This document shows positions 1 through 10,771 of a stretch of DNA of 64,000 nt, one piece after another. The number at the start of each line of letters is the position of its first letter. Position 1 is the first letter of the stretch. The DNA lies in NCBI GenBank assembly GCA_965214835.1, contig CBDCCK010000002.1, forward strand, positions 416,001 to 480,000, written 5' to 3'. The position numbers and the translations under genes are program-made. Origin of the DNA: Nitrosopumilaceae archaeon (GTDB lineage: Archaea > Thermoproteota > Nitrososphaeria > Nitrososphaerales > Nitrosopumilaceae). The notes under the pieces are model-generated. The model ran no database searches. It was not told where the DNA came from and saw only the letters and a list, made by a program, of their open reading frames with translations.

Positions 1-302
1 GAGATGATACGGAGGCTGAGGGAGGAAAAGGCGCAAGACAGGAGGAGGAAGATACGGGACGGAAAGAGGATCAGAGTACGAGAGGGAGAAGACTCAAGAC
101 AGGAAGAGGATCAGAGTACGAGGGAAGGCACGAGCAGGATCAGGATGAGATGAGGCAGATGACGGCCTTCGCAGGATGTGGCCCGCATCCTGGGAGGACG
201 ACAGGCGCTCCATACACAGCGCAGCGTTCCTGCACAGGTACGAGGTGCTTGAGGACATAATCGGCGGCGGATCCCTGCAGGCCGTCACGTCGATGGACCT
301 GC

Positions 303-776
303 CTGGCCTCTGACCTGGCAACAACCAAGTTCCAGCACAATGCGGATTCACTGCTGGACATGACCAAGAAACAGGCCGAAAAGACACCAAGAAACTTCAC
401 GGACGGCCTGCCAGCCTATGCCAAGTCCTCAAGGAAGGTATTCGGAAAGGATACGAACCACGTGAAGCACATCCGCCTGGCCGGAAAAAGAGACCGGGAC
501 AATAACAACAAGATGGAGAGGCTCAACGGCGAGACCAGAGATCGTGAGAAGGTGTTCAGAGGATTGAAAAAGACGGATACGGCCATACTTGACGGAATGA
601 GGGTCTATTACAACTATACGAAAAAGCACGGCGCACTGGACGGCCAGACCCCGGCAGAATCGGCCCTGATAAGCGCGGATGGTACGAACAAGTGGAAGGC
701 TATCGTCCAGAATGCCAGTTTAAACAGTGCCACGGAATGATTTTTGAGATCCATATCCCTAAAATTGCACAGAACC
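303..776 (+). mobile_element. IS6-family transposase 3' remnant (ORF 360..740) with right terminal inverted repeat
   Basis: The protein has the IS6-type DDE core C-terminus (TDGLPAY...NNNKMERLNGETRDR...YYNY...H). AAAATTGCACAGAACC at 761-776 is the reverse complement of a GGTTCTGT-type IS6 end. The 5' part is missing. Confidence 0.75.
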
Positions 777-941
777 GAATTTCAGCTAGATTAAATACGA
801 AAGGCGGCATTGCTACATGGGAATGAGGAGATAATAGCCGCTCCAGTCTGAGCTAGAGCATTGAAGACGCCGCGACGATCCGACCCAAATTTTGAACCAG
901 AAACAAGATGGTTTTAAATACGCAAGTAAGGAGGTCTTCTC

Positions 942-2399
942 GTGGCAGACTATGACGTTATCATAGCCGGGGGGGGACTGGCCGGCACAATTGCAGCCCA
1001 ATCGGTTTTGCATTATTCCAATCAGGGGTTGAAGGTTTTAGTCGTGGATAGAAATCCGTCAAATCTTCCCGGGCAAAAAAGCGTGGCAGGATGGATTTGT
1101 GGAGACGCAGTCAGCAAGGAGGCGGTGGACTTTATGTCAGATAGGATCAAGGTGACGTGGGGCAGGCCGGAAATCGAACACCACGTAAAAGGCGTAATGG
1201 CGTTTTCTCCGGACAGGGAGACCTCGATTCCATTTGACGGCGACGGATACATGCTAAACAGAAGGCTGCTGCCCGAGGTACAAAACGAGCGCACTCACAA
1301 AATGGGCGCAGATTTTGACTTTAATGTGAACCTGATGGGGCTGATTTACCAGGGGAACCAGGTAGCAGGCGTAAAAGGGATCAATTCAGAGACAAGGGAG
1401 GGATATCAGAGAACGGCCAAAGTCGTCATCGATGCCACGGGAATGACATCAATGCTGCGCAACCAAATCTCCAATACGACCAAAATGGAACGCAAGGTGG
1501 ACAGATCCGACGTAGAGTCGACGGGCAGGCACATAATGCACTTTGAGGATGGGGAGGATGACCTGACGGAGTTCGATCCCGACTATTGTATTATTCACCT
1601 AGACCAAGATATTGCGCCGGGCGGATACGGATGGGTATTTCCCAAGGGAAGGAACAAGGTAAACATCGGACTGGGGGTGGAAAAAACGCTCCTTGAGGCA
1701 AGAAACAAAAGGCTGGGGAAAAGCGACAACGTCACGACCCTGATTAACGAGTATGTCGGGAGAAATCGCGCAATCAGGAATCCGAAAATCTCACAAGACG
1801 ACGCAGACAGGCAAAATGCAACGGGAAACTTTCAGGTCTCCGTCAGAAGGCAGAACGACTGCATGGTCGCAAACGGCTTCATGCTGGTCGGAGACTCGGC
1901 CTGGATGCCAAAACCGCTTGACGCGGGGGGGATCGGTCCGGCGCTCGTTGCGGGAACCATCGTCGGAAGGTGTGCAGCAGAGGCGATTGAGTCAGGGGAC
2001 GTTACAGAGAGGGGGCTGTGGAAATACAACAAGGAGTTCATCAACGAGTATGGCTACAAGACGGCAGGATTGGAAGTCTTCAGGAGGCTGATCCAGTCTC
2101 TGAGCAATGAACAAATCAGCTACGGCATGAAGCACTTCCTGGGAAATCTTGACGTGGAGGCAATTTCAAAGGGGGAGCACCCGGACTTTAGCAACCTGGG
2201 CAAGCTGACCATGATGATCAGGGGGGCCCTCAACAAGAAGCTGGCAGACGGCCTGAGGTTCACAACCCAGCAAAACAGGCTGCTGACTGACCACTATTAC
2301 AACTATCCGGATGCGCCTGAGGGGTTTGACGAGTGGGGCAAGAAGCTACACCGGATCCTAGACGAGGCCAATGCCAGGCTGGCACAATATCAAAACTAA
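942..2399 (+). CDS. Geranylgeranyl reductase family FAD-dependent oxidoreductase
   Basis: N-terminal GGGLAG Rossmann motif, plus GGYGWVFPKG and VGDSA...PLDAGGIGPA motifs. Confidence 0.85.
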   Translation: MADYDVIIAGGGLAGTIAAQSVLHYSNQGLKVLVVDRNPSNLPGQKSVAGWICGDAVSKEAVDFMSDRIKVTWGRPEIEHHVKGVMAFSPDRETSIPFDGDGYMLNRRLLPEVQNERTHKMGADFDFNVNLMGLIYQGNQVAGVKGINSETREGYQRTAKVVIDATGMTSMLRNQISNTTKMERKVDRSDVESTGRHIMHFEDGEDDLTEFDPDYCIIHLDQDIAPGGYGWVFPKGRNKVNIGLGVEKTLLEARNKRLGKSDNVTTLINEYVGRNRAIRNPKISQDDADRQNATGNFQVSVRRQNDCMVANGFMLVGDSAWMPKPLDAGGIGPALVAGTIVGRCAAEAIESGDVTERGLWKYNKEFINEYGYKTAGLEVFRRLIQSLSNEQISYGMKHFLGNLDVEAISKGEHPDFSNLGKLTMMIRGALNKKLADGLRFTTQQNRLLTDHYYNYPDAPEGFDEWGKKLHRILDEANARLAQYQN

Positions 2400-2433
2400 G
2401 ACTTATTTGTAAAATGCTAGCCATGCTTTTTGA

Positions 2434-3231
2434 ATGCTTCAAGAAACAGGCTACCTGGATTGGAACAACTCCATGGCCACATTGGACAAGGCCTACAAGG
2501 CGGGTCTGTTTGTACTGATCATAGGCCCCAAGGGGACGGGAAAAACCACGCTTGTTAGGGATTTTGTCAAGAGCAAGTCTGCAAAATTAGAGTCAATCAA
2601 CTTTAGCCTCAGAACAAGGGAGAGTCACCTGGTCGGGACCAAGACCCTGACGGACGGAACCGTGGGATTCGACGAGGGGATTCTGATCAAGTCCATGAGG
2701 GAGGGCAGTGTTTTGTATCTGGACGAGATCAACGCAGCAGAGGCCGATGTTCTCCTGAGACTAGATGAGGCACTAGATGACAGGAGGCAGATTGCGCTAA
2801 AGGAATCAACGGGGGAAGTCGTCAAAGCAAGCATGGGATGGTTCGTTGTTGCGACGATTAACCCGCTAACGCACGTAGGGACAAAGGAGCTGCCGCCCCA
2901 GATCTTGAGCAGGTTTCCAGTCAGGATAAGGCTAGAGTATCCACCAGAAAACGTGGAATTGGACATTGTAAAAAAACACGTTTCAGGCTCGCACGAGGGA
3001 CAGATCATGCAGGGAATAAAGCTAGCAAGCACGCTAAGACAGGCCGCAGCAGTCGAGGAGCTGTATTACTCCCCAAGCCTCAGAGAGACCATCGCCTTTG
3101 CAAAAATGCTAGATCTTGACATGCCTGCAAAGGAGGCCGCGGAGCTGGTATTTGGCAATGTTTACGCGCAGTGGGGAAGCATCGAGCACCAAAAAGTCAG
3201 CGACATCATAACGTCGATGTTTGAGGGCTGA
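2434..3231 (+). CDS. MoxR/CbbQ/NirQ-type AAA+ ATPase
   Basis: Walker A GPKGTGKT, Walker B LYLDEIN, ATINP and LSRF motifs. Abuts a vWA gene. Confidence 0.9.
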   Translation: MLQETGYLDWNNSMATLDKAYKAGLFVLIIGPKGTGKTTLVRDFVKSKSAKLESINFSLRTRESHLVGTKTLTDGTVGFDEGILIKSMREGSVLYLDEINAAEADVLLRLDEALDDRRQIALKESTGEVVKASMGWFVVATINPLTHVGTKELPPQILSRFPVRIRLEYPPENVELDIVKKHVSGSHEGQIMQGIKLASTLRQAAAVEELYYSPSLRETIAFAKMLDLDMPAKEAAELVFGNVYAQWGSIEHQKVSDIITSMFEG

Positions 3232-4796
3232 TGCAGCCGTTCCAGCTAAGAAGCGATACGCTGATGGAGATCGCGACGTTTCTGGCTCGAAGATGGTCGG
3301 GGCTTGAAGGTGTTACGGTGGAGTTCTCCGAGAGGAATCGGCCAAAGACGTGGCTAGGGGAAAAAAGGATTTCAATGCTGCCATTTGCCAAGTATCAGGG
3401 CAGCGACTTTCAGAAATACAGGCAGTTTAGGGCCTCGCTGTGGTACGAATCAGTACGCCTCAGGCACTGCAAAAAAATCCTCAGCAATGATCATGCGTTT
3501 GGGTTTATTCTAAATGCCATAGAGACCAGGAGGATAGAAAGCCTGGGAAGAAAGACATGGGGGGGAATGGACAATGAGCTGATGTTCAACTATGCATATT
3601 CCCTAAACTACAGGCCGCATTTGAGCTCGCTGTACGGAAAGGCAAGGATAGTCGAGGCGTTTTATCAGACGTTTGTGTTCGGGGGCATCAAGGGCGAGAT
3701 CCAAGCAAGTCATTTTGAAAGGATCCAAAAGGCAGCCGGATTTGCCAGCGAGGTTTTGCAAAAGGCAGTCAGGTGCAACCACGAGACGGACTGGATGGAA
3801 AAGCAGGTGCCCGAGATCATCAGGATTCTGGACATCGACTCACTTTTGACAATCCCGATGTCACTGCCCTGGATGAGGCAGGGGATGGCGCTAAACGAGG
3901 AGGAGATCCTGCGCACGCTAGTCAAGATTGCAAAGAACCGCGAGGGGGATTTCGGCAAGGTAGATCCGGCCGCGGCACTGCGCGGGGATGACGTGTATGA
4001 CGAATACAGGGTGCTCGTTGACGAGAACAAGAAGAATGAAAACAGGGGGCTGGGGACGGAGACCGTCGGGGTCAGGGTGCCGTCTGCAGACAGCGTAGAC
4101 GAGACGAAAATCTATGATGCAGACTTGATCAACAAGATGAAGACAAAATTCAAGGACTGGAGGTCGGGCTGGAAGGAGCAGCACCTCCGTGCGGGGGACG
4201 AGTTTGACGAGGAAGGCTACATTGACGGGGCCGAGCCGTTCTTTACGGACGTAAAGAAGGCAATCAAGACAAGAATTGTGATCCTGCTGGATCACTCATC
4301 AAGCATCCATTCAGAGCAGGTAGAATACAAAAAGGCGACACTGGCGCTGTGCGAGGTCCTGTCATACCTCAAGATTGGTTTCTCCGTATACGCGTTTAGC
4401 ACACAGGACAGATCGGTGGTGTGCTGGCTTGTCAAGCCGGAGAATACAAAATGGAGCCATGTCTCTGCAAAAAGGCTGGCACAGGTTGCTGCAAACGGCT
4501 CCACGCCGCTGGCAGAAGTCTATGACAGGATGCTCCCCTCAATGCAGGCAAGCCGGCCGGAGGTTTTTCTGACACTGACTGACGGGGAGCCCTCTGATCC
4601 AAATGCGGTCCGCGCAATGATAAAGTCAATAAAGTCCGTGGGAATCAGCATGGTAGCACTGGGTTTTGGTCCAAATACCATAAGGGCCACGACGATTGCA
4701 AGCAATCTCAAGACGCTAGGCTATGAGAAGACACTTGCAGTGAGCAGGCTTGGCGACATTCCAAACAAGGTTCTGGGCATACTGGGACAGGTCTGA
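3231..4796 (+). CDS. von Willebrand factor A domain protein (NorD/CbbO-like partner)
   Basis: MIDAS motif DHSSS, plus GSTP and LTDGEP. Overlaps the ATPase stop codon. Confidence 0.85.
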   Translation: MQPFQLRSDTLMEIATFLARRWSGLEGVTVEFSERNRPKTWLGEKRISMLPFAKYQGSDFQKYRQFRASLWYESVRLRHCKKILSNDHAFGFILNAIETRRIESLGRKTWGGMDNELMFNYAYSLNYRPHLSSLYGKARIVEAFYQTFVFGGIKGEIQASHFERIQKAAGFASEVLQKAVRCNHETDWMEKQVPEIIRILDIDSLLTIPMSLPWMRQGMALNEEEILRTLVKIAKNREGDFGKVDPAAALRGDDVYDEYRVLVDENKKNENRGLGTETVGVRVPSADSVDETKIYDADLINKMKTKFKDWRSGWKEQHLRAGDEFDEEGYIDGAEPFFTDVKKAIKTRIVILLDHSSSIHSEQVEYKKATLALCEVLSYLKIGFSVYAFSTQDRSVVCWLVKPENTKWSHVSAKRLAQVAANGSTPLAEVYDRMLPSMQASRPEVFLTLTDGEPSDPNAVRAMIKSIKSVGISMVALGFGPNTIRATTIASNLKTLGYEKTLAVSRLGDIPNKVLGILGQV

Positions 4797-4859
4797 GCCT
4801 GTCTGGCCGGCCTTGTGATCTCTGTGCTGCATGGGACTTAAATGGCGGGCAGGGGGGGT

Positions 4860-5115
4860 GTACTCGGTATTCACATCAAAAAATGGATCATGATTTTGGC
4901 ATGTTGTGCATACTTTGATAAAGAGGTGATCGGTTTTCAGTTGTATGCACTGCAGCCCAAGCAGTACTGGCCGTGCAGCCGGCCCGAGATTGTAGCAAAG
5001 CAGGCATGCTCAAAAAGTGCATTGCGTGGTACGGTGGCTGCCGTAGTACACACATCAAAAATTGCAACATAATTTTGACATATCGTGCCTATTTCGATAA
5101 GAAAAATCCCTTTAA
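4860..5115. repeat. Two degenerate copies of the terminal repeat of the 49616..49976 element
   Basis: About 4860-4948 and 5043-5115 resemble ...CACATCAAAAA..GATCAT.ATTTTGACATATCGTGCCTACTTTGATAAGAAAA..., the end sequence of the element in the amo locus. Confidence 0.6.
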
Positions 5116-5152
5116 CAATTGATGGTGCCATTATAGGAAAAGGCGTTTTTCT

Positions 5153-5350
5153 TTAATAGGTAGAGGGCTGGCGTGCCATCTCAGCAAGTACGGGATCGAC
5201 TGCGGCCTGAACCTCCGGTGGAAGTTTGTTGTAATTGATTCCACTGGATCGAAGCCCACAGATTATCTGGTCCACATTCAACTCCTTACTGATGCAGAGT
5301 GGAGCAAATGTGTTCTTGAACTTTTTTTCAGATGAAGTCGTATTTGCCAT
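5153..5350 (-). CDS. Small hypothetical protein (65 aa)
   Basis: Clean ORF with an AT-rich TATA-like sequence upstream. No recognisable motif. Confidence 0.45.
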   Translation of the reverse strand: MANTTSSEKKFKNTFAPLCISKELNVDQIICGLRSSGINYNKLPPEVQAAVDPVLAEMARQPSTY

Positions 5351-5409
5351 TTGGATATATCACCGTAATTGCTTGTTGGTTAAACTCCTTTTTATAATTT
5401 CGTGCTCCG

Positions 5410-5441
5410 GGTTCTGTGTAAAATTGGGGATATGGAATTTC
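5410..5441 (-). repeat. Isolated IS6-type end
   Basis: GGTTCTGTGTAAAATTGGGGATATGGA is a near reverse complement of the IS6 end at about 745-776. Confidence 0.55.
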
Positions 5442-5530
5442 ACCGGATTCGGATTTTCCTTGGTTTGGTGGCCAGATCTCTAAGCCAGAGATGTTTTGAA
5501 ATATGCATAATCTTGGACACCTGAAAGGGG

Positions 5531-5660
5531 AGGGCTGTCGCCTAATTCCACCTACCCGACTCAATCCGTACGTTTTTCCGAATTGCCGCCCTTTTGCACG
5601 CCTGATCATATGGCATCTCAACGGTTTTCGGGAATTCTAGCGAATTAAGCGACAACCCCC
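5531..5660. mobile_element. MITE family A (~130 bp), degenerate copy
   Basis: Reverse-complement match along its length to 10614..10744. Imperfect TIR AGGGCTGTCGCCTAATTC / GAATTAAGCGACAACCCC. Confidence 0.8.
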
Positions 5661-6130
5661 ATCGTTGTATACATTGCCGGTGTCCGTATCAGTCCACCTG
5701 CCCAGCCCGGCGTCATAGTTCTCACTGTAAAAACCCTCGAGCCCGCAGTGTCTCCTAGAGGGCAAACTCTTACGCCATGAGGCAGGCTTGTTATAGGATC
5801 CATTTTCAATTGTGCGCACCGCCTAACTCACCTCAGGCCGCCTCCACCTGCACGCCAATCTTTGCGGCACACCTCCCCTGTCTGACGTGACACAGCCGCG
5901 CTCACCTACAGGGCCCAGGACTGCTGCCTGCCCCGTTTCAGGCATTTCCCGTAGAGCCTGCCCCTCCCCCCACGATCCTTTCGATCCTTTTTGCGCCCGA
6001 TTCGCGCGTAATACCGGCCTTTTTGCCGGGTTTGGACACTCCTTTCTCTCCTCCCCCGTGGAAATTCAGAGTATCGTGTATGCTAAATCAGACAGGCAAA
6101 ATTACGCAACAATCCCCATAAGCCGTACGG

Positions 6131-7702
6131 GTGGAAAATTCTAAATTAAGCGAAAATCCTGATGCAGTCATGGCAGAAAACGCAGATGCGGCCCTGCTAG
6201 AGCGCTTTGAGCAGGAGATCTGGAGCAAGATCCCGCGCGTGGAGGGGGGCAGGATTGTAGATGCAACGCCGCTAGTTGATCTGACGCAGGACTTTAAGGA
6301 ATGCGCAAAAAGCGTCTTCAAGGTGAATCTGGACGAGAAGGATCTCAGGGTATATGGAAAGTTTGACTCGGTGCTGCCAAGCGGTTCAATCAAGGTAAGG
6401 GCGGCACTGCACATAGTCCACGAGGCAATAAAGTCAGGGCAGTTAAGGGGGGGTCAGACCGTGATGGAGGCTACCTCCGGAAACTTTGGAATTGCGCTAG
6501 GCCAGATATCAAGGCTCGGCGTTACAGTCGTGGCCCTGGTTTCAAGAAAACTGCAGGAGGGCGTCTTCAAGGAACTAAGGGACGAGAATATCAGAATAAT
6601 GGATCTTGACATGGATATCTGCCCGGCCCCCGGGATGGAGGACAGGGCAGATGATCTGGCTGCCAAGGCTACTGCTGCAAACGTAAGATCACAGCTATCG
6701 GAAATGGGCTTTGATCCTGCAGTCTTTGACAGTAATTTGGCAGAGATAGAGGCCCTGCTGGCAAGGCAGGACATTATCAACCTGGCAATATTCCTATCAA
6801 AAATCTATGGCCTGTTCTGCCCCGCGCAGTATGAAAACGAGCTTAACATTGACGTGCACGACACGGTTACTGCAGCCGAAATCGATCAGCAGCTAGGAGA
6901 GGACGGGGAATCGATGGGGGACTATCAGATAATGTGTGCGTTTGGAACCGGCGGCACATCAGGAGGTCTGAGCAAGTATGTCTCCGGCAAATATGCAAAA
7001 AAGTCAGTCCACGTGGTCTTTCCCCCCTCAGGACAGGACGTCGCAGGAATCAGGACAAAGGCCAAGGCAGACGGACTGAGGCTGTACAACCCGCAGGCAT
7101 ATGCGGCAGAACACGAGGTCGACTATGAAAAGGCAAAGTTCCTCCTCAAGTTCTTCGTAGACAGGGGGCACGACATCGGGGAGAGTACCGCACTTGCACT
7201 GTATGCTGCAATGCAGATGGCAGATTCGGGGGAGGCGACAAAATTTGTTGCAATAGTGGCAGACGGAATCGGCAAGTACAGGAAGAGCTTCGAGCAGATC
7301 TCCGAGGACAGGATTCCGATGAGAGTCGAGCTTGCGGATGCAGCTGCTGCGGCAAGCGAGTATGACAAGATTGTCTGGGTACATCCCCAGTACGCCCCCA
7401 AGGATGAGGGAATCGAGATGATTGCAAAATCCCTGGGGGTCGACAGGTCAAAAATCGCCATACCAAAGGCCTCGTCGGTGGATCAGATGCTATCGACGCG
7501 TGAAATCCCCGAGGACATATCCAAGGAGGTCGGGGAAGGAAAAACCCTGCTCGTATGCATGGCAGGAAACACGTCATTTATGGCAGCACAGTTGCTCTCA
7601 GGCAAGGGAAAGACGGTTCAGAGCCTAAATGGTGGAATTACAAACCTGCCCGAGGGAATGGCAAAGCATCCCGGCCAGTACATACAGGCGGCAAGGGAAT
7701 AG
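6131..7702 (+). CDS. PLP-dependent cysteine synthase family protein with C-terminal rhodanese-like domain
   Basis: SGSIKVR (PLP lysine), EATSGNFG and GTGGTSGG motifs. C-terminal VCMAGNTS...SLNGGI rhodanese signature. Confidence 0.85.
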   Translation: MENSKLSENPDAVMAENADAALLERFEQEIWSKIPRVEGGRIVDATPLVDLTQDFKECAKSVFKVNLDEKDLRVYGKFDSVLPSGSIKVRAALHIVHEAIKSGQLRGGQTVMEATSGNFGIALGQISRLGVTVVALVSRKLQEGVFKELRDENIRIMDLDMDICPAPGMEDRADDLAAKATAANVRSQLSEMGFDPAVFDSNLAEIEALLARQDIINLAIFLSKIYGLFCPAQYENELNIDVHDTVTAAEIDQQLGEDGESMGDYQIMCAFGTGGTSGGLSKYVSGKYAKKSVHVVFPPSGQDVAGIRTKAKADGLRLYNPQAYAAEHEVDYEKAKFLLKFFVDRGHDIGESTALALYAAMQMADSGEATKFVAIVADGIGKYRKSFEQISEDRIPMRVELADAAAAASEYDKIVWVHPQYAPKDEGIEMIAKSLGVDRSKIAIPKASSVDQMLSTREIPEDISKEVGEGKTLLVCMAGNTSFMAAQLLSGKGKTVQSLNGGITNLPEGMAKHPGQYIQAARE

Positions 7703-7705
7703 GCC

Positions 7706-8128
7706 TTGAGGTGCCTGTCGGTCTCGCAGCCGTTTGCCGACCTGATAGTCTCCGGAAAAAAGAGCATCGAGTTGCGCAGCTGGAACACAAGCTTCCGGGG
7801 CGAGTTTCTAGTTCACGCCCCAATGAAGGTAAGGGAGGAGGATGCAAGGCGTCTCAGGATGGGCAAGGAGTTTGTCACTGGAGCAATAATCGGCAAGGCA
7901 GAAATCTTTGGCGTAAAAAGATACGAGACCCGGACGGAGGTGGAAAAGGACTGCCGGTCACACCTTGCGTCAAAGGCACTTCATGGCACAAGGTATGGAT
8001 TTCTGCTAAGGAATGCCAGGATGTTCAGGCTGCCGGTTCCCTACAAAGGCCAGCTGGGCTTTTTTGAGGCAAGCCTGCCAGAGAAGGCTGCCGGTGACTT
8101 TCCCAGGGCGGACATCACGGATGGGTAG
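7706..8128 (+). CDS. ASCH domain protein
   Basis: LSVSQPFADLIVSGKKSIELRSW (GxKxxExR) and PYKGQLGFF motifs. Confidence 0.85.
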   Translation: MRCLSVSQPFADLIVSGKKSIELRSWNTSFRGEFLVHAPMKVREEDARRLRMGKEFVTGAIIGKAEIFGVKRYETRTEVEKDCRSHLASKALHGTRYGFLLRNARMFRLPVPYKGQLGFFEASLPEKAAGDFPRADITDG

Positions 8129-8299
8129 CGCAGGAATCAGAGGATCAGCCGCCAGGTACTCGCGACATGCGGGATGGTGCAGGCCTACAGCAAAGGAGGA
8201 CAGGTTCAACGGATGCGCCGTTCACAGGTGCCCTGCGGGGCAGGCCGGAGCAGGCGGGCTGCATGGGATCACAGACTCGCACCCGGCAGAGTATGAGGG

Positions 8300-8971
8300 C
8301 TATCCCCGAAACGTAAAGGCAAGGCTCTCTGTCTGATCGCCATGTTCAATGACCAGGGTGTATGTCCCCGGGTCGCCCCATCCGGCACCGCCTGCAATGG
8401 CCAGGGTTGAAAACGCCCCATCCGGTTTTAGACTCACGCTTTCTGTCCAAACCAAGTCACTAGTCGAGTTTTCAATGGATAAAACTGCCTGGCCTCCCAG
8501 TGAGGAGTCAGACATTCCCGAAATAGAGATGATGTCTCCAAGGGCGTATGATCCCTCATCAAGAGACAGCAGATCGCCATGGATTGATCCGCCGATAGTC
8601 TTCCCCCCAGGCTCAAGGCCGGACATGGATACTCCGATGGCAACTATTGCAATCAGCGCAGCTGCACCGCCGGCCCCGATGATGATTTTTGTCCGATTCT
8701 GGCTTTTGCGTCGCTGTGGTTCGGGCTGCAGGCGAGGGGTAAAGGCCTGCTTCGGGGCGGGTTTGGGGGGCCCAAGTGCCCGCGGGGGTTTCGGGACGGG
8801 TCTTGGTTTTTTCTCTATGAATTCGCCCTTTAGTTTTGCGACATAATTGCGCTCATAGACTGAGATTACCTCGTTGTGCTCGGCGGCACGCTTGATCTGC
8901 TCTAGAATCCGCCTGTCCCCCTTTTCCATCAGGAGTAGCGCATTAACATCATCTAGTATAGTGTCAGGCAT
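8300..8971 (-). CDS. Hypothetical single-pass membrane protein
   Basis: N-terminal helical domain (GDRRILEQIKRAA), Pro-rich linker, TM helix and Ig-like C-terminus. Confidence 0.7.
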   Translation of the reverse strand: MPDTILDDVNALLLMEKGDRRILEQIKRAAEHNEVISVYERNYVAKLKGEFIEKKPRPVPKPPRALGPPKPAPKQAFTPRLQPEPQRRKSQNRTKIIIGAGGAAALIAIVAIGVSMSGLEPGGKTIGGSIHGDLLSLDEGSYALGDIISISGMSDSSLGGQAVLSIENSTSDLVWTESVSLKPDGAFSTLAIAGGAGWGDPGTYTLVIEHGDQTESLAFTFRG

Positions 8972-9039
8972 TGTCTTTTTGCTCCAAATGGGATTAGCAA
9001 AGCACCTTGTTTAATATTTCTGAGGGATCAGACTTGTGC

Positions 9040-9213
9040 CTAACGGCCCATGCGCCTTGCCTGAATCATGACCGTACGCACATAGTCCCTGGCAGTAGAA
9101 TCAGATACCCCCATTTGCTTGGCACGCCTGTACAGGGCAGCCTCATAGGGGCTGCTCAAATAGAACCTCAGCAGATAGTTCAAGCGATGGAACCTTTTCT
9201 CGTCGCCTCTCAT
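9040..9213 (-). CDS. Small (57 aa) putative HTH protein, below the ORF-track cutoff
   Basis: Manual translation gives MRGDEKRFHRLNYLLRFYLSSPYEAALYRRAKQMGVSDSTARDYVRTVMIQARRMGR. AKQMGVSDSTARDYV is HTH-like. Confidence 0.6.
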   Translation of the reverse strand: MRGDEKRFHRLNYLLRFYLSSPYEAALYRRAKQMGVSDSTARDYVRTVMIQARRMGR

Positions 9214-9666
9214 GCCAGAATGTGGCCTGCGGTACTAAAAAAGATCCGGGGTATTATGGGATAACCTTGATTGTTGATCTCATAGGAATGCCTGCTGGAT
9301 TTTGGGGCTTTTCCCCACTGCTGTGGCAGCATGGCTCCAATTACAGAGCATATGGTGGTGTGCAAAAGATCTTCAACACATGTGGGCATGAACTAGGGTG
9401 GGTGATTTTCGTTGTTGAAGAACTTGTGTTTTTCACCATACGTGGCAGAGGTAGAGGCATCGGCTGCATGTGGCACAAACCGGCCCCCCGCGGCAGCTTT
9501 GATTCCTTTGGAGAATCGCCTTGATCAGAGGGTAAAGTCACGTTCCCCTGCCGGCCAAGCGCGAAAATCACAGTCGCACGTGAACTCATTCCTAGCAGGT
9601 CAAGGACAGGTGGCCTCGCACGCCAGAGGCCCTCTGCCGTATCACATAACAGGCAAAGGCACGGAT

Positions 9667-10221
9667 CTACTCCTGCTCGGTGATCACGTTCAGGGTCATG
9701 GTGGTTCGGATATGATCTAGGCCCCGGATTCCCTTTGTGATGATTTTTTCAAGCTCGTTGTGACCGGACGCCTCGACCTTGCAGATCACATCATAAAAGC
9801 CAAAGACCGCGTCGCCCTCCTTTACCTCCGGTATCTTGCCTAGCTTGCGCAGAATCGGGTACTCTTGGCCCTGATCGCAGTGGATCACGACATATGCCTG
9901 GGACGTGTTTTGTCCCGGCATGGGGCCGGCAGGCCTGTCAGGGCCAGGTATGAATATCTCCTCGTCCTCCAATCTGGTCAGGGTCATAGTCGAGTTGATT
10001 TTTTCCATCCTGCGGATCTTGTCAGTTACCGTCGAGTTGATGTCATCGCCGTCAGACTCTATCTTCAGGATGATATCATACATTCCCAGCGTGCCGTGTA
10101 CCTCAGAGATGCTGTCGATTTTTTGCAGCTCGGAGACGAGGGACTTTTCGGTCCCCAGATCACAGTTGATCAGGACGTATGCACGCGGCAATGGATCACC
10201 AGAGTCATCCCTGCCCCTCAA
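9667..10221 (-). CDS. Lrp/AsnC ligand-binding (RAM) protein with two tandem domains
   Basis: Two copies of AYVxIxC...VxGxYDIIxKV...IxSTMTL. Confidence 0.85.
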   Translation of the reverse strand: MRGRDDSGDPLPRAYVLINCDLGTEKSLVSELQKIDSISEVHGTLGMYDIILKIESDGDDINSTVTDKIRRMEKINSTMTLTRLEDEEIFIPGPDRPAGPMPGQNTSQAYVVIHCDQGQEYPILRKLGKIPEVKEGDAVFGFYDVICKVEASGHNELEKIITKGIRGLDHIRTTMTLNVITEQE

Positions 10222-10444
10222 TTCCCATGAGGGTCAGCGTTGAGCGTATCTTTGCAATCTTTCTTACCTTCCAGGTAATCGTTTCGCGAAGCTTCTCGAC
10301 CTGGTCAGATGTGATCTTTGCAAGGATGTCGTATGCGCCAAAGGTTCCGTGGACCTCCACGACTCCCTCGATGGACTTTAGCTCCGAGATGACAAACTCC
10401 TCAGAGCCAAGCTCGCAGTTTATCAGTACATAGGCAGTCGGCAT
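10205..10444 (-). CDS. Lrp/AsnC ligand-binding single-domain protein
   Basis: AYVLINCELG...VHGTFGAYDILAK...IRSTLTL. Confidence 0.9.
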   Translation of the reverse strand: MPTAYVLINCELGSEEFVISELKSIEGVVEVHGTFGAYDILAKITSDQVEKLRETITWKVRKIAKIRSTLTLMGIEGQG

Positions 10445-10613
10445 TTCAGTGCTTCAGCTCCTAACTTCATGATAGTGTATTGGGGTGGACGTATTTAATA
10501 GGGAATGGAAAAAAACCAAAAGGGTGTTATCTAAAAAATGGGATTTTTTGTCATTTGTATGCATATTGCCGCCTGTGGAGATCGATTGTGGACAATCATT
10601 TGCCGGTGCAAGG

Positions 10614-10744
10614 GGGGGTTGTCGTCTAATTCGCTAGAATCCCCGAAAACCGTTGAGATGCCATATGATCAGGCGTGCAAAAGGGCGGAAATTCAGAAAA
10701 ACGTGCAGATTAGGTCAAATAAGTGGAATTAGACGACAACCCCC
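10614..10744. mobile_element. MITE family A (~130 bp)
   Basis: Perfect 19-bp TIR GGGGGTTGTCGTCTAATTC / GAATTAGACGACAACCCCC. Second copy at 5531..5660. Confidence 0.85.
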
Positions 10745-10771
10745 TAGGGACGTGACCTCGTACCACATGGC

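Noticed and set aside
1-300. Purine-rich stretch with a repeated AGGATCAGAGTACGAG
   Set aside because: It is truncated at the window edge, has only two copies and encodes no recognisable product.
761-5441. Composite IS6 transposon carrying the reductase-MoxR-vWA genes
   Set aside because: Only two isolated ends were seen, with no complete second element or TSD, and the enclosed genes look like core genes.
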